A stretch of DNA of 64,000 nt. Origin: a virus. Its lineage: Duplodnaviria; Caudoviricetes. Under the pieces are notes generated by a model. The model had not been told where the DNA came from, searched no databases, and saw only the letters and a list, made by a program, of their open reading frames with translations. Positions 40,766 through 50,647 of the stretch are shown here, piece after piece. The position numbers and the translations under genes were made by a program. The stretch spans positions 8,708 to 72,707 of the IMG/VR virus record IMGVR_UViG_3300035498_000327; one strand, given 5' to 3'. Within the stretch, counting starts at the first letter, position 1, and the number at the start of each line of letters is the position of its first letter.

Positions 40766-41028
40766 GGTGGAGGTCGTAGCAGTTGGTGGCTCCGGAGTGC
40801 TAGTGCTGGTACTTATATTAGTGCTTGTAGTATTAGTTCTGATCATCCTTCTAATCTTCAGGTGAATTTAAATTCTGATATTAAATTTTGTGTGCCGCTG
40901 GTGGAGGTCGTTGCAGTTGGTGGCTCCGATGTGCTGTTGCTGGTAAGTTTGATAGATCTTGTGCTTGTAACGTTACTAATTGCGCTATATCACTTGGTGT
41001 TAGTGATGCTGGAGATGTTGTTGTGCCG
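40766..41028 (+). repeat. cassette array block 2: two head-to-tail units (40766-40897, 40900-41028)
   Basis: same conserved 45-nt head and GTGCCG end. Confidence 0.9.
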
Positions 41029-41087
41029 CAGGTTACAAATCTATATGAGTTATGACATACTTGTAAAATTAAAGGAGGTAGGATTAC

Positions 41088-41696
41088 ATGAAAAAACATA
41101 TCATTGTGATAAACGGTAAAGGTGGATGTGGCAAGGATACCCTTATAAACCAGGCTAAACAAGCGTTTAAAGTCTGGAATATTAGTTCTATTGATCCAGT
41201 TAAGGATATTGCTAGGCAGCTTGGTTATAAAGAAGAAAACAAGGATGATAAGTCTAGGAAATTTCTGTCTGACTTGAAGAAATTGATTGTAGAGTGGAAT
41301 GACACACCTCTTAGATACTGCATAGATCAGACTAAGTCATTCATTTATTCCACTATTGGTTCTTTATTGTTTGTCCATATCAGAGAACCGGAGGAGATAC
41401 AGAAGTATGTTAAAGCCGTAAAGGCAATCATCAATGAGCTTGAGGAGGTAGAAGATATAGACAAAAACAGTGTTAAAGTTCATACACTTCTTGTCATGAG
41501 ACCTCTTACTGACACAAAAACGTATGGAAACCCATCAGATGATGGGGTGGAGGAGTTTAAATATGACTTTGTCTTTAATAACAACGAGACTAATGAGTTA
41601 ATCGCTAGGTACTCTTTCGTTATCTTCTTGGAACAGAACATAGTAAACCCTTATATCTATCAGAAACAGAAGGAAAACCGAGAAGGTAAGCTCTAG
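41088..41696 (+). CDS. P-loop nucleotide kinase-like protein
   Basis: INGKGGCGKDT Walker A; VHIREP. Confidence 0.7.
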   Translation: MKKHIIVINGKGGCGKDTLINQAKQAFKVWNISSIDPVKDIARQLGYKEENKDDKSRKFLSDLKKLIVEWNDTPLRYCIDQTKSFIYSTIGSLLFVHIREPEEIQKYVKAVKAIINELEEVEDIDKNSVKVHTLLVMRPLTDTKTYGNPSDDGVEEFKYDFVFNNNETNELIARYSFVIFLEQNIVNPYIYQKQKENREGKL

Positions 41697-41728
41697 GGCT
41701 TACCTTTTTTGCCTCTTCATATGAGACA

Positions 41729-41740
41729 AACACATTAATA
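41729..41740 (+). promoter_or_regulatory. late-type promoter AACA-N6-TA
   Basis: AACA CATTAA TA(A). Confidence 0.55.
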
Positions 41741-41770
41741 ATCGTGAGAAAAGTTAGGGGATAGATATCA

Positions 41771-43591
41771 ATGAAAGTAAAAAGAAACAGTGGATACAAG
41801 TCCATTAAAGATAAACCTATCAAACTCGTTTTAGATATAAATACCCTTGATATAATGTGTAGGTATGCAATCTCTAGTTCTAGTTTAATTAGAATGAGTC
41901 ATGTGACTAATCTTAGAAAACTAGTTACTTCATTAGACCGTTCTACATATGAGAACGACCCAGAGAAGAAGAAGAGAATTGAGTTCATGGAGAAAGCACT
42001 TGAAGCAAGAATCGAATATCATCTTACAGATAGGAATATGATATTGAGTCATGCTAACGGAACTTTACCATTTGAACTCGATTTTGTAGACTATAAATCG
42101 CCTGAGCTAAATAAGAATGAGTTAGCTTGGGTGAATCAGTTGATATCTGAAACTATACAGTACAATTTTATGTACGATAAGATGCCTCAGTTACAAGATA
42201 TATGCACAAGATTCAATTCTTCCGACTACTCCACTAGGGGAGGCATTGTAAAAGAGTTTGAGAAATTAATAGATGAGTTAAAGAACGATTTTAGGCATTC
42301 TAAGGTAGAGAATAACAGTAACGAAATGACTTTCTCGCTTCGTGAAGGGGTGTTTGAGTCATGCGTTACTGACGTATATAACACGATAACTAATCCGAAC
42401 CATAGACTTATAAGTGGTATGAGTGGATTGAATGAAATGATAGGAGGTGGATTTGAATCTGGTAGAGTTTATATGCTGTTTGGTATTGGAGGTATTGGTA
42501 AGTCTCTTACGTTACTTAACCTCTTAACCCAGATAAAGAAGTATAATACAAATTATAAGACTAAGGACCCAACTAAGACTCCTTGTGTAGTTCTACTTAC
42601 AATGGAAAACACAATGATTGATACAATCAGTAGATTGTTTTCATTGGTTGATAATGGAGTAGGATATATCGGTGATTACACATTAGATGAAGTTATTAAT
42701 ATACTTAGGACCAGCGGCAGATTAGTTGTAAATTCTGAGTCTCCAATAGATATAGTAGTTAAGTATCGCCCGAATAAGTCAGAAGATACGAGTTACTTCT
42801 ACACATTGTGTGATGACTTAGAGGACGATGGTTATGAAGTGATATGCTTTATCCAGGACCATATCAAGAGAATAAGATCAATCTATGGTAATCCAGACAT
42901 AAGAATAGAGTTAGGTGATATTGTAAATGAAATGAAGGTATTCGCAGCAGACAGAGATATACCAGTCATTTCAGTATCTCATTTGAATCGAGATGCAACT
43001 AAGATAGTAGAAGATGGAGCAGCAAAAGGTGGTACTACAGATATTACCCTTAAGATGGGTAAGTCTAATGTAGGTGAGTCACTATTGATGATAGACAACC
43101 TTGACTGTGGCATCATCATAAATCTTGACTTTGATCAAGATGGTAATAGATATCTTTGCTATAACTTGATTAAGATGAGAGATAAGACAGCAAGAACTTA
43201 CATAGCACAGCCATTCACCTATGGTTCAACTATAAGACTTGCAGAAGATGTAGGACAAGTTCCGGTATTCAAAGAGTCACTTCATATGGCTCCTGGTTTG
43301 AATAGGAATAGTTCTATCAGAACTAACTCAGCAACTACTATTATGAATCTTGATACTATCATCAATGATAGCGACAGTGATATGGACAATGCATTTTCTA
43401 ATGCTTCCATCTATTATGATTTGAATAAGACAGTAGAAGAAGCACCAGAGAGAGAAATCATATGCCCAATTTACTTCATAGAAGATAGTAAGCCAGACTT
43501 GTCTAAGCTTAACATACTTAAGGATAAGATTAGACAAATGAGAGTACCAGAAGAAGTAACAATAGAACCAGAACTGTTTATGATAGGATAG
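41771..43591 (+). CDS. dnaB: DnaB-like replicative helicase
   Basis: GGIGKS Walker A, LTMEN, IQDHI, SVSHLNR, KMRD. Confidence 0.85.
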   Translation: MKVKRNSGYKSIKDKPIKLVLDINTLDIMCRYAISSSSLIRMSHVTNLRKLVTSLDRSTYENDPEKKKRIEFMEKALEARIEYHLTDRNMILSHANGTLPFELDFVDYKSPELNKNELAWVNQLISETIQYNFMYDKMPQLQDICTRFNSSDYSTRGGIVKEFEKLIDELKNDFRHSKVENNSNEMTFSLREGVFESCVTDVYNTITNPNHRLISGMSGLNEMIGGGFESGRVYMLFGIGGIGKSLTLLNLLTQIKKYNTNYKTKDPTKTPCVVLLTMENTMIDTISRLFSLVDNGVGYIGDYTLDEVINILRTSGRLVVNSESPIDIVVKYRPNKSEDTSYFYTLCDDLEDDGYEVICFIQDHIKRIRSIYGNPDIRIELGDIVNEMKVFAADRDIPVISVSHLNRDATKIVEDGAAKGGTTDITLKMGKSNVGESLLMIDNLDCGIIINLDFDQDGNRYLCYNLIKMRDKTARTYIAQPFTYGSTIRLAEDVGQVPVFKESLHMAPGLNRNSSIRTNSATTIMNLDTIINDSDSDMDNAFSNASIYYDLNKTVEEAPEREIICPIYFIEDSKPDLSKLNILKDKIRQMRVPEEVTIEPELFMIG

Positions 43592-43634
43592 AGCATTTAG
43601 GAACAGCCCTATGATGGGCTGTTCCTTTTAGGTG

Positions 43635-44066
43635 TCATGCTTCGTATTCTGCTCTATTGGCAGACATGTATTCGCTCTCGGCATTGTATACACTAGACAA
43701 GAAGTCTTTGAGTACAGAGTTTCTTGGTAGATAGAGATCACCCCTCATTGTAAACTCTGTAGGGGTAGCTATACCATTCACAGCCAGTATAATAAAGTCC
43801 AACTGAGTTGAGCCATAAACATCATAAGCAAGTAAGTCTGGAGAGTATCTATAGTGTACTCTCTCCATATCTGTAATACCGGTAACCTTAACACTTATCG
43901 TTTTCAACTCAGTGAGATAATCGTCCACTATGCAATGGTCTATTATCTCTATTCCATTCTTCTTATCGAGTATGGAGAAATTTCTGTACGTCATATCATC
44001 ACTAGTTCCTGCCTCTACAAACTCAGCTAAAGTACATGTATAAGCAGGTGAATCTGTTGTTGCCAT
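43635..44066 (-). CDS. baseplate wedge protein (T4 gp53/LysM-like)
   Basis: RYSPDLLAYDVYGSTQLDFIILAVNG; late promoter at 44096. Confidence 0.65.
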   Translation of the reverse strand: MATTDSPAYTCTLAEFVEAGTSDDMTYRNFSILDKKNGIEIIDHCIVDDYLTELKTISVKVTGITDMERVHYRYSPDLLAYDVYGSTQLDFIILAVNGIATPTEFTMRGDLYLPRNSVLKDFLSSVYNAESEYMSANRAEYEA

Positions 44067-44095
44067 AATCTCACCTCTTCTGGTACTATTAATTT

Positions 44096-44107
44096 TATTA
44101 AGATGTT
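44096..44107 (-). promoter_or_regulatory. late promoter AACA-N6-TA
   Basis: reverse strand AACA TCTTAA TA(A). Confidence 0.6.
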
Positions 44108-44115
44108 TTGTAGGC

Positions 44116-44125
44116 ATAAACTATA
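44116..44125 (+). promoter_or_regulatory. candidate early promoter ATAWAYTATA
   Basis: ATAAACTATA upstream of RNAP subunit. Confidence 0.5.
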
Positions 44126-44191
44126 GAGCTAGTGAAAGGATTAAAGTATAACAAGAAGAAAAACTAACCATTAAAAGGAGGTATATCATTT

Positions 44192-46303
44192 ATGGAATAT
44201 CTACAAACACACGGTCCTTATAGAGAACTTGTAGAGACAGGTTTTCAAACAGTAAACACTAAAGACTTAAACAAGGCAAATATTGATGAGCACTTTGATG
44301 CTATCATTGCCATCTTACAGGATGGGATAGAGACCCCATTCGTTCAAAGTATGATGGTTAAGGTCGTGTTCTCAGATGGTATTGATATCGATCTGAGTAT
44401 CTTCGACTATATGTATAACTTGATGTTTTGGCATCTAGTTGCAGACGTAGACCAGGAGATCCAGTCCATTCACCTGTTCTACTATGAAGACATAACAAAG
44501 AGAAACATAAAGGAGTACATGGATAATATCTTCGTTAAGCAGAATAGAACTAAGATATCTTTCATGGAACTCAATCAGATAGCTGACCATGCTATAACTC
44601 TGTTTAGAAAGCTTAGTCAGTTTCAGATGTATCTGTCTAACACAGTAAACTTAGAGGATACAATAAGTCTTATGCAGAAGTATAAGGAGTTCAATGATAC
44701 CGTTCATCTTGATATGACCGGAATACCAATAGCTGATGTAAAGAGCATAGGTATGGAAGCCACATATAAGCAGGTAGAGTACATCAAGAACAGCAATCAT
44801 TGCTTAAGGGATTCATTCAGATCTGGTGAGGCTATATCTATTAAGCAGTATAAGGAAGTAGCAGTAAACATCGGCTCTAAGCCAGATGGCCAAGGAGGAG
44901 TATTCCCAAGTATTATCAATCATTCATTCATGAATGGAGGATTACAGACACCAGAAGAGTTATGTATAGAGTCCTCTGTAGGTCGTATAGCTCAGATATT
45001 GCAGAAAGGTAATGTAGGTGAGTCAGGAGCATTCGCAAGACGTCTTGGCTTGAATAACCAGGATACAAGAATCCATAACAATCCTCATTATGTATGCGAT
45101 ACAAAGAACTTCGAGGTGGTTACAATTAAGAATGGAATCATGCTCGATATGTTTGACATGAGATATTATAAGTTGAATCCTAAAGGACCAGATTTGTTGC
45201 TTGATGCTTCTAGAGATAAACACCTTATAGGGCAAACACTGTATTTCAGATCTCCAATGACTTGTGCTTCTGCAGCAAGAGGAGATGGAATATGCTATAG
45301 ATGTTATGGAAATCTTGCTTATGTAAATAGAGATATCAATATAGGCCAGATAGCAGCAGAGTTACTTAGCTCTATCTATACTCAGATTCTGTTATCTGCT
45401 AAGCATCTTCTTGAGTCTAAGGTCATTAAGATGCAGTGGACTGAGGGATTTGAAGACTGGTTTGAGGTTAACTTCAATACCATAGGTCTGTATCAAGATA
45501 AAGAGTATCGTGGAGTGAAGATTATCATTCCTAACGATATCCAGAACGATGACGAGCTTGATGATGTAATCTATTCCGACTACATCACAAACTTCTTATT
45601 GCGATTTGGAAACAATATGGAGTTAGATATCCATACATCTGAGGCAGACCCTATCTATATCCATCCAGATCTGATGAGGGTTATAGCTGCTTCTCCTAGT
45701 ACAGACGATGGAACCATTATAGACGCAAGTAAGATTACAAGTCTTCCGGTTCTATTCATGATTAACTTCAAGAATAGCGAGTTATCTAGGACCATGCAGC
45801 AGATTAAGAATATCATCGACAACAAGTCTTCAATTAAGAAGTATGACAGAAACAGTATACTTGAAGCATTCATTGACACTAATATAGAGGGAGGTATTAA
45901 GCTTAACTCTGTTCACTTCGAGGTACTTCTGATGAACCAGATTAGAGCAGCAGAAGACATTCTGGAGACTCCTGATTGGAGCACTTCTGGAGAAGATTGT
46001 CAGCTCATTACATTAGGAGATGCCCTTACTCATAATAGGTCTATATCTATAAGACTACAGAATAATAAGATTGATAAGGCTCTCATCAATCCAGACAACA
46101 GAAGGGTGGATAAACCCTCTAATATGGATGTATACTTCATGAAGCAACTCCAGGGATTCATAACCAATAAGGATATTGTTGATGATTCCTATAAGTTGAA
46201 GAATGATATAGAGGACAATAGAATTAGTCCTATCTATTTCCTTAATGGAGATGCAGAGAATGAAGCGATGAATGATGCTATATCAAGAAGCAGTAAAAAG
46301 TAA
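44192..46303 (+). CDS. multisubunit RNA polymerase beta' C-terminal subunit (probably non-virion)
   Basis: bridge helix GESGAFARRL; Zn site RSPMTC...GICYRCYG; trigger-loop region IGQIAAELLSSIYTQILLSAKH; followed by SF2 helicase as with phiKZ gp74/gp75. Confidence 0.85.
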   Translation: MEYLQTHGPYRELVETGFQTVNTKDLNKANIDEHFDAIIAILQDGIETPFVQSMMVKVVFSDGIDIDLSIFDYMYNLMFWHLVADVDQEIQSIHLFYYEDITKRNIKEYMDNIFVKQNRTKISFMELNQIADHAITLFRKLSQFQMYLSNTVNLEDTISLMQKYKEFNDTVHLDMTGIPIADVKSIGMEATYKQVEYIKNSNHCLRDSFRSGEAISIKQYKEVAVNIGSKPDGQGGVFPSIINHSFMNGGLQTPEELCIESSVGRIAQILQKGNVGESGAFARRLGLNNQDTRIHNNPHYVCDTKNFEVVTIKNGIMLDMFDMRYYKLNPKGPDLLLDASRDKHLIGQTLYFRSPMTCASAARGDGICYRCYGNLAYVNRDINIGQIAAELLSSIYTQILLSAKHLLESKVIKMQWTEGFEDWFEVNFNTIGLYQDKEYRGVKIIIPNDIQNDDELDDVIYSDYITNFLLRFGNNMELDIHTSEADPIYIHPDLMRVIAASPSTDDGTIIDASKITSLPVLFMINFKNSELSRTMQQIKNIIDNKSSIKKYDRNSILEAFIDTNIEGGIKLNSVHFEVLLMNQIRAAEDILETPDWSTSGEDCQLITLGDALTHNRSISIRLQNNKIDKALINPDNRRVDKPSNMDVYFMKQLQGFITNKDIVDDSYKLKNDIEDNRISPIYFLNGDAENEAMNDAISRSSKK

Positions 46304-46361
46304 AACATATAACGGGGTGGTTTCATATCACCCCGTTTATTTTTTGGAGCAAAGGAGGAAG

Positions 46362-47978
46362 ATGAAGATCATGAGTAAGATAACAATACGAAACTCATGC
46401 ATCATCATAGATGATTACGAACTGGGGCAATGTAGAGAATTAGAGAGAAACTTTATGGTGTATGACCCGGTAGCACATACTTACGATAGATTCGGTATGT
46501 GGTATGATGAAGATATGGGGAGACTGTATTTGCCTAGAGGATTAGATGTATGGAAGATTAAGCAGTACCTCAAACAGGAGATAGTCTACAAGGAGAAGCC
46601 TAATGACTTCCAGACTATAGACAACATGATGCTTAAGTATAAGCCTAGGGATGAACAGCAGAAAGAAGCTCTTAGATTCATGGTAGGAGTCAATGAGTAC
46701 GAAGCAAATGCTAGTGAGCCACAACTGTCAGTGAATCTTAATACTGGTAAGGGTAAGACATACTGTTCTATTGCTGCTATAAGTATCCTTAAGGCTAAGA
46801 CTATGATCATCACAGCATCAGTAACTCTACTTAAGCAGTGGAGAGATAATATCTTAGAGTATACTAATCTTAAGGATAAAGATGTACTAAAGATAGAAGG
46901 TTCCCATATGCTTAATATGATACTTGTAAACAGGTCTGTTAGAGCAAGTGAGGCTAAGATATTCTTATGTACTCATGCTACGTTGCGTTCATTTGGCGAA
47001 GTATATGCCTGGGAAAGGCTGAATGACATATTCCTCAACCTAGGTATAGGAATCAAGATATTTGATGAGGCTCATACCAACTACGACAATATGATAATGA
47101 CAGACTTCTTCACTAATGTGGCTAAGACATACTATGTAACAGCAACTCCTGCCAGATCAAACTTTAGGGAAAACAGAATCTATCAGCTTTCTATGAAGAA
47201 TGTACCTGGTATAGACTTGTTTGATGCAGTGAATGACCCACACACGGAGTATATAGCTATCAAGTATAATAGTAGACCTACTCCTAAACAGATATCTCAA
47301 TGCAGAAACAGCTATGGGTTAGATAGAAGTAAGTATACAAACTATGTAACACAGCAACCTAACTTCTATTACATGCTTAGAATTATCATGGACTTGGTTA
47401 TTAGGAGTGATGGTAGGTCATTGTTCTATATTGGAACTAATGAGGGAATACTTAGAGTATACTATTGGATAGGTACTAACTATCCGGAGTTCTTAGGCGA
47501 TATAGGAATCTATTCATCTCTTGTACCTCCTGAAGCTAAGTATAAGGAGAAAGGTAAGAAGCTCTTATTGTCTACTACTAAGTCTGCTGGACTAGGAGAA
47601 CATATCGAAGGTCTTAAGATGACTATAGTACTCGCAGAGCCTTTTAAGTCTGAGGTCATAGCAAGACAGACATTAGGCCGTACAAGAGATAATGATACTG
47701 TCTATATAGAGCTTGTAGACTTAGGCTTTAAGTGGACAAGACACTTCTACTATGCTAAGCTTCCGGTGTTTAACAAGTATGCCAGCGATGTAAGTGATAC
47801 TACTATAGACCAGTATGAGTTAGAGTGTAGATCTCAACTCTTAGAGGAGCAAAGAGCCCCTTATCCAGAGTCTCCTATAGAGATGCATGATGAGCGTTTC
47901 TTTGAGTATACTGTAGATGATGGAATGGGAGATGACGACGATAGAAGCCCTATATACTTCTTTGATCAGCCACAGTAG
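46362..47978 (+). CDS. superfamily 2 (DEAH) helicase
   Basis: NTGKGKT, DEAH, TATP, QTLGRTR. Confidence 0.85.
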   Translation: MKIMSKITIRNSCIIIDDYELGQCRELERNFMVYDPVAHTYDRFGMWYDEDMGRLYLPRGLDVWKIKQYLKQEIVYKEKPNDFQTIDNMMLKYKPRDEQQKEALRFMVGVNEYEANASEPQLSVNLNTGKGKTYCSIAAISILKAKTMIITASVTLLKQWRDNILEYTNLKDKDVLKIEGSHMLNMILVNRSVRASEAKIFLCTHATLRSFGEVYAWERLNDIFLNLGIGIKIFDEAHTNYDNMIMTDFFTNVAKTYYVTATPARSNFRENRIYQLSMKNVPGIDLFDAVNDPHTEYIAIKYNSRPTPKQISQCRNSYGLDRSKYTNYVTQQPNFYYMLRIIMDLVIRSDGRSLFYIGTNEGILRVYYWIGTNYPEFLGDIGIYSSLVPPEAKYKEKGKKLLLSTTKSAGLGEHIEGLKMTIVLAEPFKSEVIARQTLGRTRDNDTVYIELVDLGFKWTRHFYYAKLPVFNKYASDVSDTTIDQYELECRSQLLEEQRAPYPESPIEMHDERFFEYTVDDGMGDDDDRSPIYFFDQPQ

Positions 47979-48017
47979 CATGTAATCCTTTCCGAGCTAA
48001 TTGTAGCTTCTATAATC

Positions 48018-48027
48018 ATATATTATA
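48018..48027 (+). promoter_or_regulatory. candidate early promoter ATAWAYTATA
   Basis: ATATATTATA. Confidence 0.45.
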
Positions 48028-48071
48028 GACATGAACGTAGAAGCTACATTTATAAAGAAAGGAGAAAAATC

Positions 48072-49781
48072 ATGTTAAGTAATATTGTAGAATCTATCAG
48101 TTACAACGTAAACAATACACTTTTCGGAGGTTATGGAGTTGGAGGAAAGAGATCCATCAAGAATTCGGAAAGCGAAGTCAATTCCTACTTTTCCAGATTG
48201 GAAGGCGGGGAACATCCATCAGCTAAAGTTGAATATTGGATTCCAGACCATTTTAGAAGACTGGAGGAAAACAGCAGTAGTGAAAGCATAAGAAACCGCT
48301 ATAGTGCTAGAGCTTTAAGCGGCTATCGCTGCGCCTGCCATGTATTCGCATATCTGTCAGGTGTAGAGGCATCATTTGGTGAGTACTGGAACTATGAGAA
48401 GAGGATTTGTGCAAATGCAATATGTGCTCATTTCCAGTTACCACCAATCTATGTGGACAGCGATGTAAGCAACGTCAAATTGAAGTTATCTGACTTCGAT
48501 GTACATGGCCCAAAGAGCCGTCTTATCATTACAGAGGAAATTCTCTCAAAAGCATACGACAAGTTCCCAGTTAAGGGATTGTATAAGGATGCTAGCAACA
48601 AGAATATCGAGGAGGAAGAGAAGAATACATCATCTGCTAATGATACCACAGAGAAGTTCACTGATGACGATGTTGAGGTTATCAATGTCGAAGCGGAAGT
48701 TGTAGAAGCAACTAAACCGAAAGAGAAAGCTAGTGAACTTCTCCTTACAGAATCAGGCTTGCCCAAGCCAGAAAAGACTCTCGATAGCCTCATTTTCAGT
48801 AAGGATAATATCGATGCTGTCAAAGTGTTCATCGACTATCTGAAGAATAAGATTGATGAATTCAGTGCTGAGTCTGAGCATCCTGTGGATTCTAATGAGG
48901 ACGACAATACAATCGATGTTGAGTCTATTGAGACAAAGCAGGAGAAAGAACCTGTGGAAGAGCAGCCAGTCGAGGAGGAGAAGACGGCAGAACCAGCAGT
49001 GGAGGAACAGAAGGGTCCAGAGATCCCAATAAAGACACTGCTCAACAATGACAATCTTGTTCTATTCCCAGAGAATGGAGCAAACAAGTTGCCACCTAAG
49101 CAGGAGGAGAAGTTCATGAGAATATATGGAGAATATCTCCAGGGTAAGAACTTCGAACTCCATAGACTACAGGGAGGATATATAGAGTGTGTAATCTGGT
49201 TATCTAATGGAGGTTATATTTCACATAATATAGATCCAGGTCTGATGATTGGCGACGATTACTACTTAGCGGCTAGTGTTGTAGTCGGAGATCCGATAGC
49301 TCCCATATTCGGTACAATAATGGTACATCCATCTGAGAAGGATATCGTATACAAGGTATTCAACACAATGGATCGTCAATATATCTTGACGCCGGATGAG
49401 TTCCAAAGAGCTCTCAGTCACCTGTTCTTTAACCAGAGGATCTATTCAGTGGTAGATATGAGCAACATGGGAGATCGGATTACAAAGCTTAAGAAGAATC
49501 CAGAAGACTTCAAGAAGTTGGGGCAGAAGCTTACCTACATCATAAATCTGCTCGATGGAACTCCGATGTTTGGCCGTATGAGATTCAGCAAATGGAATGG
49601 CGTAGACAACTTTGAACTGTCTTCGAATGAAGATAAGAAGAACAAGATAAGAAGCCCGTTCCCACAATTCACACTGGAGTATAAATCTGGTGTAGTAGTA
49701 CAGGTTACCGGCGATGATGTGCTGGTACAGTTTAATGGCAATAGCCAAAAGTTCACCATAGACAACTACGGTGTACTTTAA
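48072..49781 (+). CDS. hypothetical protein with central acidic linker
   Basis: 569 aa, AAAGGAG RBS. Confidence 0.75.
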   Translation: MLSNIVESISYNVNNTLFGGYGVGGKRSIKNSESEVNSYFSRLEGGEHPSAKVEYWIPDHFRRLEENSSSESIRNRYSARALSGYRCACHVFAYLSGVEASFGEYWNYEKRICANAICAHFQLPPIYVDSDVSNVKLKLSDFDVHGPKSRLIITEEILSKAYDKFPVKGLYKDASNKNIEEEEKNTSSANDTTEKFTDDDVEVINVEAEVVEATKPKEKASELLLTESGLPKPEKTLDSLIFSKDNIDAVKVFIDYLKNKIDEFSAESEHPVDSNEDDNTIDVESIETKQEKEPVEEQPVEEEKTAEPAVEEQKGPEIPIKTLLNNDNLVLFPENGANKLPPKQEEKFMRIYGEYLQGKNFELHRLQGGYIECVIWLSNGGYISHNIDPGLMIGDDYYLAASVVVGDPIAPIFGTIMVHPSEKDIVYKVFNTMDRQYILTPDEFQRALSHLFFNQRIYSVVDMSNMGDRITKLKKNPEDFKKLGQKLTYIINLLDGTPMFGRMRFSKWNGVDNFELSSNEDKKNKIRSPFPQFTLEYKSGVVVQVTGDDVLVQFNGNSQKFTIDNYGVL

Positions 49782-49900
49782 TTTGGTTGTAGCATATACG
49801 TTCACAGGTAATGGGGTGTTCCAAGTGGTGCACCCCTATACCACATTATTTTTTGCTAAACTCTTATGTAAAAGTAAGAGTAGGGAGGAGAAAGACAACA

Positions 49901-50647
49901 ATGAGCAACAGTCCAATAGTATTCTTAGATTATGACAAGATAAGTGATACACTTATCTATTTCAGTGCAGATATAACACTTAGATTCAATGTACAGTTAG
50001 GAAGGAAGGATAAAGACGGTCATAGGAAATTCTTCCATAGAGAAACTATGTATGAATCTAAGTATAGCAACGTGGGTCCTGTAGTAGGCATAAGAAGGGA
50101 TATGAACTTCTACTACAGTATAGACGATGCAAGAAACTATATAAACGGAGTAATGATTTCAATCCAAGATGTAATGTTGCTGAAGATGCTAATGGATAAC
50201 AATATACTTCCATGGTTTATAGGAAAGAAAAACATCTACGGCACAAATCCAGACGATGGACAGCTCGTAATTACCGGAAAATGGAAGCCTCAGCAGTTCA
50301 CTTTGTCTGATTATAAGTATTTAGAGTTTTTACCTATAGTTCTAGTGTATGAGGACGGAAAGAGCAATTATGGGATTCGCATGATCGTAAATGATCCTAA
50401 TAACTTCGTTGATATGGATCTCAACAGATTCATGGCATTCTATACTATCATAGCTAATACAGACATGTATACGTTAGCCAGTACTATGCTTACTTATGCT
50501 AAGAATGAGCCTTATGGGGTAAATATGTATAGTATGCTGGAAGAAGGCAGGAATATAAGGTATAATAACGGCAGCAATAACGAAAGACCACAAAGAGGCG
50601 GTAATAGGTCATATGAGACCAAGAAGAACTTCTTTGACTCTATATAG
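49901..50647 (+). CDS. hypothetical protein
   Basis: start MSNSP after GGGAGGAG. Confidence 0.7.
   Translation: MSNSPIVFLDYDKISDTLIYFSADITLRFNVQLGRKDKDGHRKFFHRETMYESKYSNVGPVVGIRRDMNFYYSIDDARNYINGVMISIQDVMLLKMLMDNNILPWFIGKKNIYGTNPDDGQLVITGKWKPQQFTLSDYKYLEFLPIVLVYEDGKSNYGIRMIVNDPNNFVDMDLNRFMAFYTIIANTDMYTLASTMLTYAKNEPYGVNMYSMLEEGRNIRYNNGSNNERPQRGGNRSYETKKNFFDSI

Noticed and set aside
40072-41028. CRISPR array interpretation of the repeat/variable pattern
   Set aside because: Repeats are about 45-55 nt and degenerate, 'spacers' are about 75-85 nt with codon periodicity and a conserved Cys, and no cas genes are adjacent. The structure is protein-coding-derived.
40191-41162. Track ORFs 40191-40433, 40862-41119 and 40881-41162 (-)
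   Set aside because: These are by-products of NNT periodicity (T in codon position 2 gives stop-free hydrophobic frames) or antisense frames, and have no RBS.
48072-49781. Chimallin (phage nucleus shell) call
   Set aside because: Size is compatible but I can recognise no sequence motif; left as hypothetical.
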